Origin: Candidatus Bathyarchaeota archaeon
GTDB taxonomy: Archaea; Thermoproteota; Bathyarchaeia; Bathyarchaeales; Bathycorpusculaceae
NCBI GenBank assembly: GCA_037440545.1
Contig: JBBITX010000001.1
Span: 1-56,631, forward strand
Length of the DNA: 56,631 nucleotides
Direction of reading: 5' to 3'
Shown: positions 1 to 9,660 of the stretch, piece by piece
How the letters are laid out: each line of letters begins with the position of its first letter
Position numbering within the stretch: the stretch's first letter is position 1
Translations under genes and position numbers: made by a program
Notes under the pieces: generated by a model
Database searches by the model: none
Seen by the model: only the letters and a program-made list of their open reading frames with translations
Told to the model about the DNA's origin: nothing

Positions 1-83
1 TTGATTTTCCTTTAACATCATCGTCCTCATAAAATAAATGGCAAGGCATTACATAAAATTGAAGTGTATATTGTAAAGCGCTT

Positions 84-524
84 TTAGGTTATAGAAGCTA
101 TTTTCGGTTCATACTTCCAAGTTTTAGGCAATACACCCTCACGTTTGTAATATCTAGAAAGTTTATGAATTTTTGCTTCAACAAGTTGAAGAGCCCTCTT
201 ATTATGAACGTCTTTCTTATGCTTTTCCAAGTGTGCTGACAATCTTGCAGCCTTCCCTATTAAGTTTCCAAGGTCTTCAGGGATCGACGGTGCAAGACCC
301 GCCTCTCTTAGAATTTGAGATATTGTTTTTCCAGTTATCGGCTTAACAAGGGGAATTGCATACTGATCCCTTAGGATTGTTCCAATTCGGCTAGAGTTAT
401 TTCCTTCCTTAGCCAACTTTATAACTAAAGCTTCCACTTCTTCTGGCTGGTATTTACACCAGCTTGGAGGACGTTTGCTAACAGGCCTCGTTGAATGGGA
501 TCTGCCCTTTTCTTGTTTCGGCAT
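84..524 (-). CDS. rps15: 30S ribosomal protein uS15 (S15P/S13e type)
   Basis: ORF 84..563. The translation MPKQEKGRSHSTRP...KKDVHNKRALQLVEAKIHKLSRYY is typical of the family. Start moved to the internal ATG at 524, which gives the usual MPK N-terminus. Confidence 0.9.
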   Translation of the reverse strand: MPKQEKGRSHSTRPVSKRPPSWCKYQPEEVEALVIKLAKEGNNSSRIGTILRDQYAIPLVKPITGKTISQILREAGLAPSIPEDLGNLIGKAARLSAHLEKHKKDVHNKRALQLVEAKIHKLSRYYKREGVLPKTWKYEPKIASIT

Positions 525-583
525 GTTTTTCACATCTGAGTTTCCTAATGAGCGAGGATACACAGATATTTAAAACCTTCGAT

Positions 584-1141
584 TTAAGAGCTTTTATACC
601 ATTCGGCAAACTTTCGAAAAGCTTTTGCCCTGTGTGAATATCTATTTTTTTCAGCTATGCTCATTTCAGCAAACGTTTTATCCTTTTTAACCGGCTTGAA
701 AACCGGATCAAACCCAAAGCCTGAAGTTCCAATTTTCGCCTCTTTCGTTATTTCTCCTATAACTTCGCCTTTAAAACATAGAGGAGATGATTTTTCCCCA
801 TCATAATATGCCACAACCGACTGAAACTTTGCTTTTCTGTTTTCAACGCCTTCCATCAGCCTTAATAAACCTTCATTCCCAATAGTTTTATAAGCATATG
901 AAGTATAGGGTCCCGGAAACCCTTTTAAAGCTTCAACAAATAAACCGGCGTCTTCAACGATTAATGGGAGACGGCATTTTTTATAGGCCTCTTTCACGCT
1001 GGCTTTTGCTATTTCCTCTATGCTTTCGCTTTGAATTTCAAGCGTTTTAACCTTTAGCATGCCAACTGCTATATCATAATGGCCTAATACTTTCCGAGCC
1101 TCGCTGAACTTGTTCACATTATTTGTAGCGAAAAATATCAC
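584..1141 (-). CDS. Non-canonical purine NTP pyrophosphatase (ITPase, HAM1/RdgB family)
   Basis: ORF 584..1186. Family-like ...IFFATNNVNKFSEARKVL... and ...FGFDPVF...AEMS..EKN..SHR motifs. GTG at 1141 gives MIFFATNN and sits 1 nt after the upstream stop. ATG 1165 and GTG 1186 are alternative starts. Confidence 0.8.
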   Translation of the reverse strand: MIFFATNNVNKFSEARKVLGHYDIAVGMLKVKTLEIQSESIEEIAKASVKEAYKKCRLPLIVEDAGLFVEALKGFPGPYTSYAYKTIGNEGLLRLMEGVENRKAKFQSVVAYYDGEKSSPLCFKGEVIGEITKEAKIGTSGFGFDPVFKPVKKDKTFAEMSIAEKNRYSHRAKAFRKFAEWYKSS

Positions 1142-1142
1142 T

Positions 1143-1385
1143 CTACTCTTCAGGTAGAAACACATTATTACCCCAGCTTTCCTCACGCAAATCTTTTAAG
1201 AAAACGACTTCTTTCTCCTTTAACTCTTTGCAAAATGCGTCTAAGTTGCCAACTAGAAATTTAAAAAAACCTATACTACTAAAATGCTTATGCTTTATTT
1301 CTAAACCAAGCGCCTCTTCGCAAAATTTAGAGGCTCCCTCTAAATCTGAAACATGAAAAACCATGCACTGGATAGTTTTTATCAT
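1143..1385 (-). CDS. Short VOC/glyoxalase-fold protein (80 aa, abbreviated relative to the family)
   Basis: MVFHVSDLEGASKFCEEALGLE and ...ESWGNNVFL resemble the first and last segments of a glyoxalase/VOC module. It has a 4-nt overlap with the bud32 stop. Confidence 0.4.
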   Translation of the reverse strand: MIKTIQCMVFHVSDLEGASKFCEEALGLEIKHKHFSSIGFFKFLVGNLDAFCKELKEKEVVFLKDLREESWGNNVFLPEE

Positions 1386-2047
1386 TCTATTCGACCTTTC
1401 CTCTCGATGATATAGCGTCCCCTCCTCTCTATTTCCCTTATCTTGTCTAAAACATTTTTCACCATTTCCCCTTCTAAAACGCTTGAATAACCATTTATAA
1501 TATTGTCAAAGCATTCTTTTGCAAATTTGAAATGTGTACTTTGTAATGCTCTTTTCATTAGGTGCAAGTCAACACCTCTAGCTTCAAGGTCAGCTGTTTT
1601 TTCTCCAAGCCCGAAGTCTATGAAGAATATTTTTCCCTCAGGGTTTTGAATCATATTTGAGGTTGTCAAATCGCCGTGGACTATCCCGTTTTTGTGAAGT
1701 TTCCCTATAAACTTGCCGATAGTGTAACATAACTCCTGCCTTTGGCTTTTTTGAAAATTTAGGATCTTTTTAACTTGTACCCCCTCTATGAATTCCATTA
1801 TTAATAACCCCTCTTGAGCGTCAACAAAATATATTGCTGGTGTTGGGACTCCAGCCTTTTTCGCCTCATTTATAAGTTGCGCTTCATGAGCGGTTCTGTA
1901 TATTCTTATTCGCCTATCTAGTTCTGCTGCTCTGTACTTTTTTGGAAAGCGTTTTTTAAAAACAACCTTTTTACCATGCCAATCAGCGAGGTAAAGCCAA
2001 GCCTCAGCCCCTTTTTTAAAAGGCGACTGCTGGCTTATTTTATCCAC
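1382..2047 (-). CDS. bud32: KEOPS complex Bud32/PRPK-type kinase
   Basis: About 220-aa RIO-like kinase (GAEA..Y, HGDLTTSNM, IDFGL). It overlaps kae1 by 13 nt. Confidence 0.85.
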   Translation of the reverse strand: MDKISQQSPFKKGAEAWLYLADWHGKKVVFKKRFPKKYRAAELDRRIRIYRTAHEAQLINEAKKAGVPTPAIYFVDAQEGLLIMEFIEGVQVKKILNFQKSQRQELCYTIGKFIGKLHKNGIVHGDLTTSNMIQNPEGKIFFIDFGLGEKTADLEARGVDLHLMKRALQSTHFKFAKECFDNIINGYSSVLEGEMVKNVLDKIREIERRGRYIIERKGRIE

Positions 2048-3057
2048 GGGACCTCCGCCTCTTCAAGCCGCCATCTTAATTTCACATAACTGTTCTCAAT
2101 TTTTGTGGAAATTCCATGGGTAAATGTTAAAACACCAGTCCATGCAATCATTGCTCCGTTGTCAACTGCGTATTGACTTGGCACGACGCAAAATTTACAG
2201 TTATGTTCTTCTGCCACAGTTTTAACCATTTCTTGAAGTCTCTTGTTTGCAGCAACTCCGCCTGTTAGGAGAACCTCCTCTTTCTCTGTGTGGGCTATGG
2301 CTCTTTCAGTTACCTCTGTAACCATTGAAAAGGCTGTTTCCTGGAGGCTGTAGCATAAATCTTCAAGTCTGTACTTACCCTTTCTAAGCATGTTTTTAGC
2401 CGCTGTCAGCAACCCGCTGAAAGACACATCCATCCCCTTTACAGTATATGGCAATGGGATAAATTTCCCACCATCCCTTGCCAGCCTCTCTACAATTGCA
2501 CCGAAAGGTTCTCCTACCTTTTGGCGTAATCCAGCCTCTCTTGCAAAAACATCAATGCAGTTCCCCAATGCAATGTCTAGAGTTTCTCCGAAAACCCTGT
2601 AACGGCCAGAATCAAACGCTGAAACTATTGTGTTCCCCCCTGAAACATACAGTGTCACAGGATCTTTTGCCCCAGTTGTTAGCTTTCCAATTTCAATGTG
2701 TGCTAGAGAGTGATTCACACCTACCAGAGGTATGTTTAGATAGGCGGCCAGGGCTCTGGCTACAGTGGCTCCTGTTCGGAGGCACGGCCCAAGTCCAGGA
2801 CCTTGCGAGAACGCTATAACTGAAAGGTCTTCCGGTTTTATCCCTGCTTTTTTGAAGGCTTCCGCCAAAACTTTGGCCGCAACCTCCGCGTGGTGTCTTG
2901 CAGCCTCCCTGGGATGTATGCCTCCCTCTGAGGGAACGTATGCGCTTGCAGTGTTTGCAAGTATATCCCCTTCAAAATTTGATATTCCAACGCTGAAGTC
3001 GTCTGCGGTGCTCTCAATTCCAAGACTGTAACTTTTTCTGCCCCCTTTACCCATCAA
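2035..3057 (-). CDS. kae1: tRNA N6-adenosine threonylcarbamoyltransferase Kae1
   Basis: LGIESTADDFSVGI..., HH..AE, GVNHSLAHIE and GGVAAN motifs of the Kae1/TsaD family. Confidence 0.9.
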   Translation of the reverse strand: MMGKGGRKSYSLGIESTADDFSVGISNFEGDILANTASAYVPSEGGIHPREAARHHAEVAAKVLAEAFKKAGIKPEDLSVIAFSQGPGLGPCLRTGATVARALAAYLNIPLVGVNHSLAHIEIGKLTTGAKDPVTLYVSGGNTIVSAFDSGRYRVFGETLDIALGNCIDVFAREAGLRQKVGEPFGAIVERLARDGGKFIPLPYTVKGMDVSFSGLLTAAKNMLRKGKYRLEDLCYSLQETAFSMVTEVTERAIAHTEKEEVLLTGGVAANKRLQEMVKTVAEEHNCKFCVVPSQYAVDNGAMIAWTGVLTFTHGISTKIENSYVKLRWRLEEAEVPWIK

Positions 3058-3117
3058 ACATCCTTCATCAATAATTATTATTTTATCTTCAACAAAACAT
3101 ATTTTATTGAAAGCACC

Positions 3118-3126
3118 TATATATTA
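3118..3126 (+). promoter_or_regulatory. Putative TATA box for the TFE-beta-like gene
   Basis: TATATATTA lies about 26-34 nt upstream of ATG 3152, implying a leaderless or very short-leader mRNA. Confidence 0.3.
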
Positions 3127-3151
3127 TTCTGAGAATATTGGAGCTCTTGAA

Positions 3152-3529
3152 ATGCCAAAACACAATGATCTAGAGCAAAAGGCCTTACAAATAATAATGA
3201 ATGCCGGTAACGAGGGTTTACTCCAGTCTGAACTATGGAAGAAGTTGGGAGCAAGCAGTAGGGAGGGCTCTCGGGTAGCGTTAAAACTTGAAAGCAAAGG
3301 GCTAATACGCAGAGAAAGGGAGCTTCGCAATGGCAGGTGGACCTATAGGCTATATCCAAAGAGGCTTCCTGCATCGCTAGATTCTATTGCAGACTGCCCC
3401 TGCATGATGTGCCCTGACAGTTACAGATGTGGGGCTTCAGGAATTATAACTCCAAACAATTGCGAAAAACTAAGCGAGTGGCTTCTCAGCTCAGCCGAAA
3501 ATGACTATGGCTTGTTAGGTGACAGCTAG
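3152..3529 (+). CDS. Winged-helix protein with C-terminal Cys cluster (TFE-beta / RPC34-like)
   Basis: N-terminal wHTH (LLQSELWKKLG...ALKLESKGLIRRE) followed by CPCMMCPDSYRC...C. Start placed at ATG 3152, about 26 nt downstream of TATATATTA; the tracked ORF starts at TTG 3107. Confidence 0.5.
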   Translation: MPKHNDLEQKALQIIMNAGNEGLLQSELWKKLGASSREGSRVALKLESKGLIRRERELRNGRWTYRLYPKRLPASLDSIADCPCMMCPDSYRCGASGIITPNNCEKLSEWLLSSAENDYGLLGDS

Positions 3530-3531
3530 TT

Positions 3532-4143
3532 TTGCCTAAAGCTTGGATTCAGCAAAGGAAGAGAGACTATTATTACAGAAGAGCTAAAGAGGAGAAATAC
3601 CGTTCAAGAGCTGCATACAAACTCCTCCAAGCTGTTGATAAATACGGATTTATTAAGAAGGGCGACGTTGTCGTGGACCTGGGAGCTGCCCCTGGAGGTT
3701 GGATTCAAGCTGCTCGGAAAATTGTTGGACGTGAAGGCTTCATTTTAGGGGTTGACTTAAAGCGCATCCAACCTTTCTCTGAGGATAATGTTCAAACAAT
3801 TATAGGCGACATAACAATGGAGGAAACTGCCAGAAGAATCTCTGAAAGGCTTCTAAAGAAAGCTGACGTTGTCATTTCAGATGCCTCTCCGAATATTTCA
3901 GGGATATGGGAGTTAGATCACGCCCGTCAAATAGACCTCGCCCAAAAAGCATTGGAAATAGCTATGGAAGTTCTTAAGCCAGGCGGATGCTTCTTTGTGA
4001 AGGTTTTTCAAGGAGACATGTTTAACGACTTCTTAGAAAGAGTCAAGAAATTTTTTAAAGATGTAAGGGTGATAAAGCCAAAGGCCAGTAGAGCGCAAAG
4101 CTCTGAAATTTTTATTTTAGGAATGCACTTTAAACCTGAATAG
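3532..4143 (+). CDS. rlmE: 23S rRNA (uridine-2'-O)-methyltransferase RlmE/FtsJ
   Basis: RDYYYRRAKEEKYRSRAAYKL, DLGAAPGGW and SD.SPN..G motifs. Confidence 0.85.
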   Translation: MPKAWIQQRKRDYYYRRAKEEKYRSRAAYKLLQAVDKYGFIKKGDVVVDLGAAPGGWIQAARKIVGREGFILGVDLKRIQPFSEDNVQTIIGDITMEETARRISERLLKKADVVISDASPNISGIWELDHARQIDLAQKALEIAMEVLKPGGCFFVKVFQGDMFNDFLERVKKFFKDVRVIKPKASRAQSSEIFILGMHFKPE

Positions 4144-4179
4144 GCGGAGTTAAATTCATATTTATGGGAATTAAAGAGG

Positions 4180-4881
4180 GTGGTGAAAAAGCTGAAGATA
4201 GTTGCGGCAGATTCTTCTGCAGCTATACTTAACGAAAATTTTGAACCGCTGTCTATAGTTGCTACAGCAGCGGTTTTAGTTAGTTCTCCTTACAGAGAAC
4301 CAAGCGAGGCCATAGCCGAACCTGTATTTGCAGAGGATAAAAACGGCCATAAGATTATCGTAAGGGAAGCTGAACTATGTAAGGAGCTGCTGGGAAAAGT
4401 GAAGGCTGACGTTGTACACATTGACATGTCTTTCGGCGCAGTTCCCCTTGAACAACTATCCCCAATTCAACTCTCAAACATGAAAATTTCAAGCAAAGCT
4501 AAAGGCAGCCTTTTAAAAATACTCCCCAACATAAGAAGGATCGCAGGCGAAATTAAACAAAAGTACGGTGTTGAAGTTTTAGCAATAGGCAAAGAAAGCA
4601 TACCCGTTAGAGTGGCAGAGCTTACAGCTGGGGCTTACGCCATAATCTATGCCTCTGAAAAGGTTGTAAAAGAAAAAAGGCCTCTACTACTCGGGTTGCC
4701 CTCAAAATGCCAGCCTAGAATTGTTGAATGTAAAGTTTACCTTAACTCTTTAATGGAAGGGGAGCACGATGTTAGAGGCTATGCCGAAGACACGAGTAAA
4801 ATTCTCGAAAATGTTAATATCTTCGAAATGTTAAATCCATGTGTAAGGGGCTTTAGAGCGTTAAAAATTGTTCATAAATAG
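4180..4881 (+). CDS. Conserved archaeal hypothetical protein (possibly DUF4152-like)
   Basis: 233-aa ORF with GTG start and coding-like composition. Acidic motifs IVAADSS and HIDMSFG hint at a nuclease-like fold. The family name is from memory only. Confidence 0.45.
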   Translation: MVKKLKIVAADSSAAILNENFEPLSIVATAAVLVSSPYREPSEAIAEPVFAEDKNGHKIIVREAELCKELLGKVKADVVHIDMSFGAVPLEQLSPIQLSNMKISSKAKGSLLKILPNIRRIAGEIKQKYGVEVLAIGKESIPVRVAELTAGAYAIIYASEKVVKEKRPLLLGLPSKCQPRIVECKVYLNSLMEGEHDVRGYAEDTSKILENVNIFEMLNPCVRGFRALKIVHK

Positions 4882-4892
4882 GTGGATATATT

Positions 4893-5453
4893 TTGGGCGT
4901 TTCCTTCTGGCAAAAAATTTCAACTAGAATTAAACGCGTCCTCACAGTTATAGTATTCTTCATCCTTCTGCTGGCTGCTACAATTGTTGGAGCCTTGACA
5001 CCTCTAACCTTCGAGGAGAGAGAGGCAATAAATAAGGAACTTCAGAAAATGCGAGAATCATTATCCAGTTCCGGGGGAATTCAAGGTATAGCGCTAATTT
5101 TTGGAAACAATTTTATGCTATGCCTTTCATTCTTCATTCCTTTCCTCGGGCCGCTCTTCGGATTTTATGTATTGTACAATACAGGAGTTGTTATAGCTGC
5201 TGAAAGTTCCAGCATTGGTGTAAATTCACTTTTAACCTTTATCCTACTTTTTATTTTTCCATTCACTTGGCTTGAGTATTTAGCATATTCCGTCGCATCA
5301 GCTCAGAGCCTTTGGCTGGGCTGGCGTATCATAAGACGCAAAGGGAGAAGAGAACTTGTAAATACCTGTATTTTAATCACTATATGTGCAGTAATATTGC
5401 TTGTGGCTGCGACGATAGAGATGGCGATAATTAATGTTTTTAGCGTGTCTTGA
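4893..5453 (+). CDS. Integral membrane protein, SpoIIM/DUF95-like
   Basis: Several hydrophobic spans with a charged segment after TM1, as in stage II sporulation M-like proteins. Confidence 0.5.
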   Translation: MGVSFWQKISTRIKRVLTVIVFFILLLAATIVGALTPLTFEEREAINKELQKMRESLSSSGGIQGIALIFGNNFMLCLSFFIPFLGPLFGFYVLYNTGVVIAAESSSIGVNSLLTFILLFIFPFTWLEYLAYSVASAQSLWLGWRIIRRKGRRELVNTCILITICAVILLVAATIEMAIINVFSVS

Positions 5454-6315
5454 AGCTTTGCACTTCCATACTCATATCCATAGCCTTAACGCTATGGGTT
5501 ATTTCGCCTATACTTACAATGTCAACTCCCGCTGAGGCGAAATCCAACACGTTTTCACTTGTAATTCCGCCGCTTGCTTCGATCAGAACTTTCCCTTTGA
5601 ATCCTGCCTTCTCTAGAAAGCCAACAGCCTCTTTTATTTTTTCAGGGGAGAAGTTGTCAAGCATAATTATGTCTGCCCCAGCTTCTGCCGCGGTCAAAAC
5701 GTCTTTAACATCTGTCACCTCAACCTCTATCTTTTTGCTGAAAGGTGCTTTTTCTCTAGCTATTTCTACAGCCTTTTTAACGCCTCCTGTTATGACGATG
5801 TGATTATCTTTTATTAGGATCATGTCATCGAGATGAAGCCGATGAGGGTCTCCGCCTCCAATGAACACGGCTTTCTTGTCAAAGTAAAGCATTCCAGGTG
5901 CAGTTTTCCGCGTGCAGGCAATTTTTGTTTTATATCCAGCTTTATTAACTGCGTCCACAATTTTTCTTGTCACCGTTGCTATACCGCTCATTCTTGACAT
6001 GATGTTTAGTAAGGTGCGTTCAACTGAAAGCAGCGTTCTAGCATCCCCTGAAACTCTAATTAAGACCTGTTTAGGCTTTACTTCATCTCCGTCCCTCACA
6101 TAAGCTTTAAATTTTAAGCCTAAACCTTCAAGAAGCGCCTCAACTTCTTCGATTCCAGCGACTATTCCAGGCTGTTTAGCAATAACATCTGCTTCCACAA
6201 ACCCTCTTTCGGGAATTATCAGAGATGTGGTTGCATCTCCTTGCCCCAAATCCTCACCTAGCATTTTTAGAAGTCTGTCGTAAAGGATCTTTTTAGGCAA
6301 GAACATATCTTTCAC
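5440..6315 (-). CDS. nadC: Nicotinate-nucleotide pyrophosphorylase (carboxylating)
   Basis: EDLGQGDATT, ERT.LN..SRMSGIAT and ..TRKT.PG... motifs of quinolinate phosphoribosyltransferase. Confidence 0.9.
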   Translation of the reverse strand: MKDMFLPKKILYDRLLKMLGEDLGQGDATTSLIIPERGFVEADVIAKQPGIVAGIEEVEALLEGLGLKFKAYVRDGDEVKPKQVLIRVSGDARTLLSVERTLLNIMSRMSGIATVTRKIVDAVNKAGYKTKIACTRKTAPGMLYFDKKAVFIGGGDPHRLHLDDMILIKDNHIVITGGVKKAVEIAREKAPFSKKIEVEVTDVKDVLTAAEAGADIIMLDNFSPEKIKEAVGFLEKAGFKGKVLIEASGGITSENVLDFASAGVDIVSIGEITHSVKAMDMSMEVQSFKTR

Positions 6316-6346
6316 TCTTTAAATGGTAAACTCTGAAAATTAAATA

Positions 6347-7528
6347 TTATTTGTTGCCGTTTATACTTTCTATTATTATTTTAACAGCATTTTCTAAACC
6401 GTTATACTTCAAAGTTTCACTTTGGATACTTTTCATTCTTTCCCCGTAATCTCCTTCCAAAATCTGTTTAACATTTTTTAGAAGCTTGCTCCAGGTTAGA
6501 TTTTCCTGTTGAATCACCATAGCGACACCCAATTTTTTAGCTAGGACGGCATTACTAATCTGCTCTGTGTGTCCCGGCGTTGGAACAAGAATCATGGGTT
6601 TTCCATAGCACATGCACTGGGTTATTGTTCCATGCCCGGCCCTGCTTATGACGAGGTCGCAAGCCTTTAGATATTCAAAGCGGTTAGGAAGCCATTTATA
6701 AATTGTCAAGTTGCCATGACGCGTTGGTTTAATGTCAGCTTTTGGATACCCAAGTGATAATATAATCTTATAATCATCTGGAAAATTCTTTAGAATCCTC
6801 CTTAAAATTCCTATAAAGAAAGCTCTTTCTTTTACGCTGCCACTTATCGGCGCAAAAATTACGGGTTTATCTGGAGGCAGCTCAAGCTTTTTCCTTATTT
6901 TCTCTTGACTTGGCAGCTCTTCTGGGCGTACAGGTAAAATGGGGCCGATAAGCTTCACGTTCTTCCTGTAATTTTTAGGTATGTTCAAGTTGCCAGCACA
7001 TATGGTGTATGGCTGAGGAAAATCCGGTATTAAAACCACATTTCCACTTGTCCAAATTTTTCCAATAAGCGTTAAGGCTATGAAATCCGCAAGCCTTGCA
7101 AGTCGAAGGAATCTTCTTCTTCTGGGTATTATAACTTGAAATTGGTTTAGCATGCAGATTCTTGGAATTCCCAGCAGCCTTGCCGCGATTAAAGGGGAAA
7201 CTCGGGAGTCTGAGACCACTATGTCTGGGCTGAACTTTTCAATTGCATATAATTCGGCTACAACCTGATTAAGGAGGGTGAATGAGGAAAAAAAGGGTCC
7301 GGGATTCACAGCTGTTTGCTTAAAGTCTATTGTTCCATCAGGCTTAACTTTAAACCCTATTGGAGGAGCCTTAAAAAGGGGAAACCCTTCTCTTTCAACG
7401 TAGGGAACACCTTCACGGTAAGTTGAAAACAGTACTTCGAAATTCATCTCTAAAAGCTTTCTCGCTATTGGAACACATCTTCCAACATGTCCAAGTCCTA
7501 TGCCGCACGGCGAAAAGTAAACCCGCAT
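6347..7528 (-). CDS. Glycosyltransferase (GT1 / MurG-UGT-like fold)
   Basis: MRVYFSPCGIGLGHVGRC N-terminus and C-terminal ...SRAGHGTITQ...G.P...VP. Start set to ATG 7528, which avoids overlap with the upstream gene. Confidence 0.75.
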   Translation of the reverse strand: MRVYFSPCGIGLGHVGRCVPIARKLLEMNFEVLFSTYREGVPYVEREGFPLFKAPPIGFKVKPDGTIDFKQTAVNPGPFFSSFTLLNQVVAELYAIEKFSPDIVVSDSRVSPLIAARLLGIPRICMLNQFQVIIPRRRRFLRLARLADFIALTLIGKIWTSGNVVLIPDFPQPYTICAGNLNIPKNYRKNVKLIGPILPVRPEELPSQEKIRKKLELPPDKPVIFAPISGSVKERAFFIGILRRILKNFPDDYKIILSLGYPKADIKPTRHGNLTIYKWLPNRFEYLKACDLVISRAGHGTITQCMCYGKPMILVPTPGHTEQISNAVLAKKLGVAMVIQQENLTWSKLLKNVKQILEGDYGERMKSIQSETLKYNGLENAVKIIIESINGNK

Positions 7529-7532
7529 GGGT

Positions 7533-8159
7533 TTATTTCCCGCCGAGTTTTTCCCTTCTAACCTCACCCCGCGGTTTTTCCTCTTCGAAAATTATTGCCT
7601 GAAACTTGTAAACTTTTGTGCCTTGCATAAGCCAACAATCTGGTGGAAGCCCAGCCTTAACGCAACATTGGCACAAAAACTCTTCTTCATCCCAGTTCCA
7701 TTCAACAGGAACTTGCGGTAAAAGTAGACCCTTATAGTATCCCCTCTCAATTATCAAGCCGTCTACACCCACCTTTATTTTAGAGGGATACTCGTTTGGC
7801 TTCCCTACCTCAACAAGCTGTGGTGGTGTGAGGACGCTTACCTCAAAAATCACGTTTTCCAACTCATCTAAAGATAGAGGGTTAAAACGCGGGTCTTCAG
7901 TTGCTGAACTTATGGCTGAGTCAACTACCGCCTGAGCTAAGGGAGTTGTTGGATATGGATAGCCTATGCAACCCCTAAGTTGTTTGCCACCTCCAATAAT
8001 GCTGTTAATGGTTACAAATACGCCACATGGCTTCATGAGTTTTTCTGGAAGGCCTTCCGGCAACTTTATCCGCTTACCATTTTTCAAAAACTCTTCTACT
8101 GCTTCACGAGCAAGTTTAACGAGAAATTTTCCTTCTTCTAGGCTTAATTCGAAGGACAA
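7533..8159 (-). CDS. AMMECR1 domain protein
   Basis: CGVFVT...LRGCIG signature. Confidence 0.85.
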   Translation of the reverse strand: MSFELSLEEGKFLVKLAREAVEEFLKNGKRIKLPEGLPEKLMKPCGVFVTINSIIGGGKQLRGCIGYPYPTTPLAQAVVDSAISSATEDPRFNPLSLDELENVIFEVSVLTPPQLVEVGKPNEYPSKIKVGVDGLIIERGYYKGLLLPQVPVEWNWDEEEFLCQCCVKAGLPPDCWLMQGTKVYKFQAIIFEEEKPRGEVRREKLGGK

Positions 8160-8190
8160 ATGTTTTTCTCCGTTTTCTTAGTCTTTCAAC

Positions 8191-8820
8191 TTAGAATTTT
8201 ATTGATTCCTCTTGAGTTCCATCCTTTGTTATTAAGAGAAAGTCTATTCCGTCGCCGCTCATAATGTCTCTGCTTATTGCGGACTTTATAGCTCTGACGA
8301 CGAGGTCTTTTCCTTCATTAACGCTCATGTTTTCCCTGTAACTTTCCTCTAAAACCCCCATGGCTATCTCCGTTCCGGAACCGACAACGGCGAATTTGTC
8401 CGGAATAACTGAACCTAAAACGTCTAAAACATATAGGGATGGCCCTTCCTCATCTATGCCTCCGACAATGGTCTGAGTTATCAACGGGGCTAATCGACGG
8501 GAGAAAAGCAGATTTGACATAAGCTTAGCTGCGGATCTAACTGAAATGGGTCTGCCAAAATCCAAACTATATAAATTTGCATATGCCTCAACTTCTCTAA
8601 CTAGAATCTGCATGTCTGACACAAGCCCTGCGCACGCTGCACCTATACGATCTGTTACCCTGAAAACCTTCTTGCCGCCTCTGCTTACAATTAAATATCC
8701 ATACGACACTCGTTTTTCAGAAGCTAGAATAACTCCGTCCCTACAAACTATGCCCACTGTAGTGGCACCTGGAATCCACATGTACTGCTGCATCTGCGCA
8801 TCTCTTTCCACAATACTCAC
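8191..8820 (-). CDS. psmB: Proteasome subunit beta
   Basis: Short propeptide followed by GATTVGIV (catalytic Thr) and Ntn-hydrolase-like sequence. Confidence 0.9.
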   Translation of the reverse strand: MSIVERDAQMQQYMWIPGATTVGIVCRDGVILASEKRVSYGYLIVSRGGKKVFRVTDRIGAACAGLVSDMQILVREVEAYANLYSLDFGRPISVRSAAKLMSNLLFSRRLAPLITQTIVGGIDEEGPSLYVLDVLGSVIPDKFAVVGSGTEIAMGVLEESYRENMSVNEGKDLVVRAIKSAISRDIMSGDGIDFLLITKDGTQEESIKF

Positions 8821-8895
8821 CTTTCCATGTTATATAAGCACAAACTATTAAACTTAATGTCTCAAATAAACATTAACGAAACAGTGAAGGTTTAA

Positions 8896-9513
8896 ATGAT
8901 AACTCTTAACATTAGAAACTTTGAAGAAGCCTGGTTTGGGGTTGCAGTAAGCGGTTTAGACGTCTACGCAACAGCCTTTGCGTTCAGCAGATTAGGAGTT
9001 CTACAATCCCTCCTTATAAATATACCATTAAACATGCCATTTCAATATACAGAAAATATTTCTGCCTTCGCTGACCAAGTTATTGCACTACTCTTCGACA
9101 TATACTCTGGAAAAGAGGTTTCCCAAGGCATTCATCTAATTCTAGATAATCTTACGCCATACGCTAAAAGGGTTTTAGAGGCTGTCACATTAATTCCATT
9201 AGGATTTGTTACCTCTTATGGTTCTATTGCTAATGTAGCGGGCGGAAGCCCAAGGTCCGTTGGAAACACTTTAGCATCTAACCCTTTTCCACTGATTATT
9301 CCATGCCACAGGGTTGTCGCTTCAAACTTCTCCTTAGGGGGGTATAGTCTAGGACTAAAGGTGAAATGTGACATTTTAAGGCGGGAGAAAAGAGGCTATG
9401 CGGAAAGCTTGGAAATCAAATGGAAAAATGGAAGGCTGCATGTTTTCCCTGTAGAACTTGTGCTGAATAAGCTCAGGGAAAAATGTGTTAAAGTCTCACC
9501 GCGCAAATGTTAA
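8896..9513 (+). CDS. ogt: Methylated-DNA--protein-cysteine methyltransferase-like protein
   Basis: Active-site IPCHRVV preceded by TSYG..A....P.A.G. Confidence 0.75.
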   Translation: MITLNIRNFEEAWFGVAVSGLDVYATAFAFSRLGVLQSLLINIPLNMPFQYTENISAFADQVIALLFDIYSGKEVSQGIHLILDNLTPYAKRVLEAVTLIPLGFVTSYGSIANVAGGSPRSVGNTLASNPFPLIIPCHRVVASNFSLGGYSLGLKVKCDILRREKRGYAESLEIKWKNGRLHVFPVELVLNKLREKCVKVSPRKC

Positions 9514-9660
9514 GGTCAACCTTTTAAACGTTAAAACTGAACCGACATTAAAAGATATCAAAACCCATCAGAGGCGGTATTAAATAATAGCGAAAATATG
9601 TAATGCTGCTTTTCCGAAAACGTAAATAGGGGGATTATTAACTCAAAAAAGGGATGGTTA

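Noticed and set aside
1-30. Possible 5' end of another minus-strand gene (ATG at 28..30, reading MRTMMLKENQ... off the left edge).
   Set aside because: Only 10 codons are visible, which is too little to support a call.
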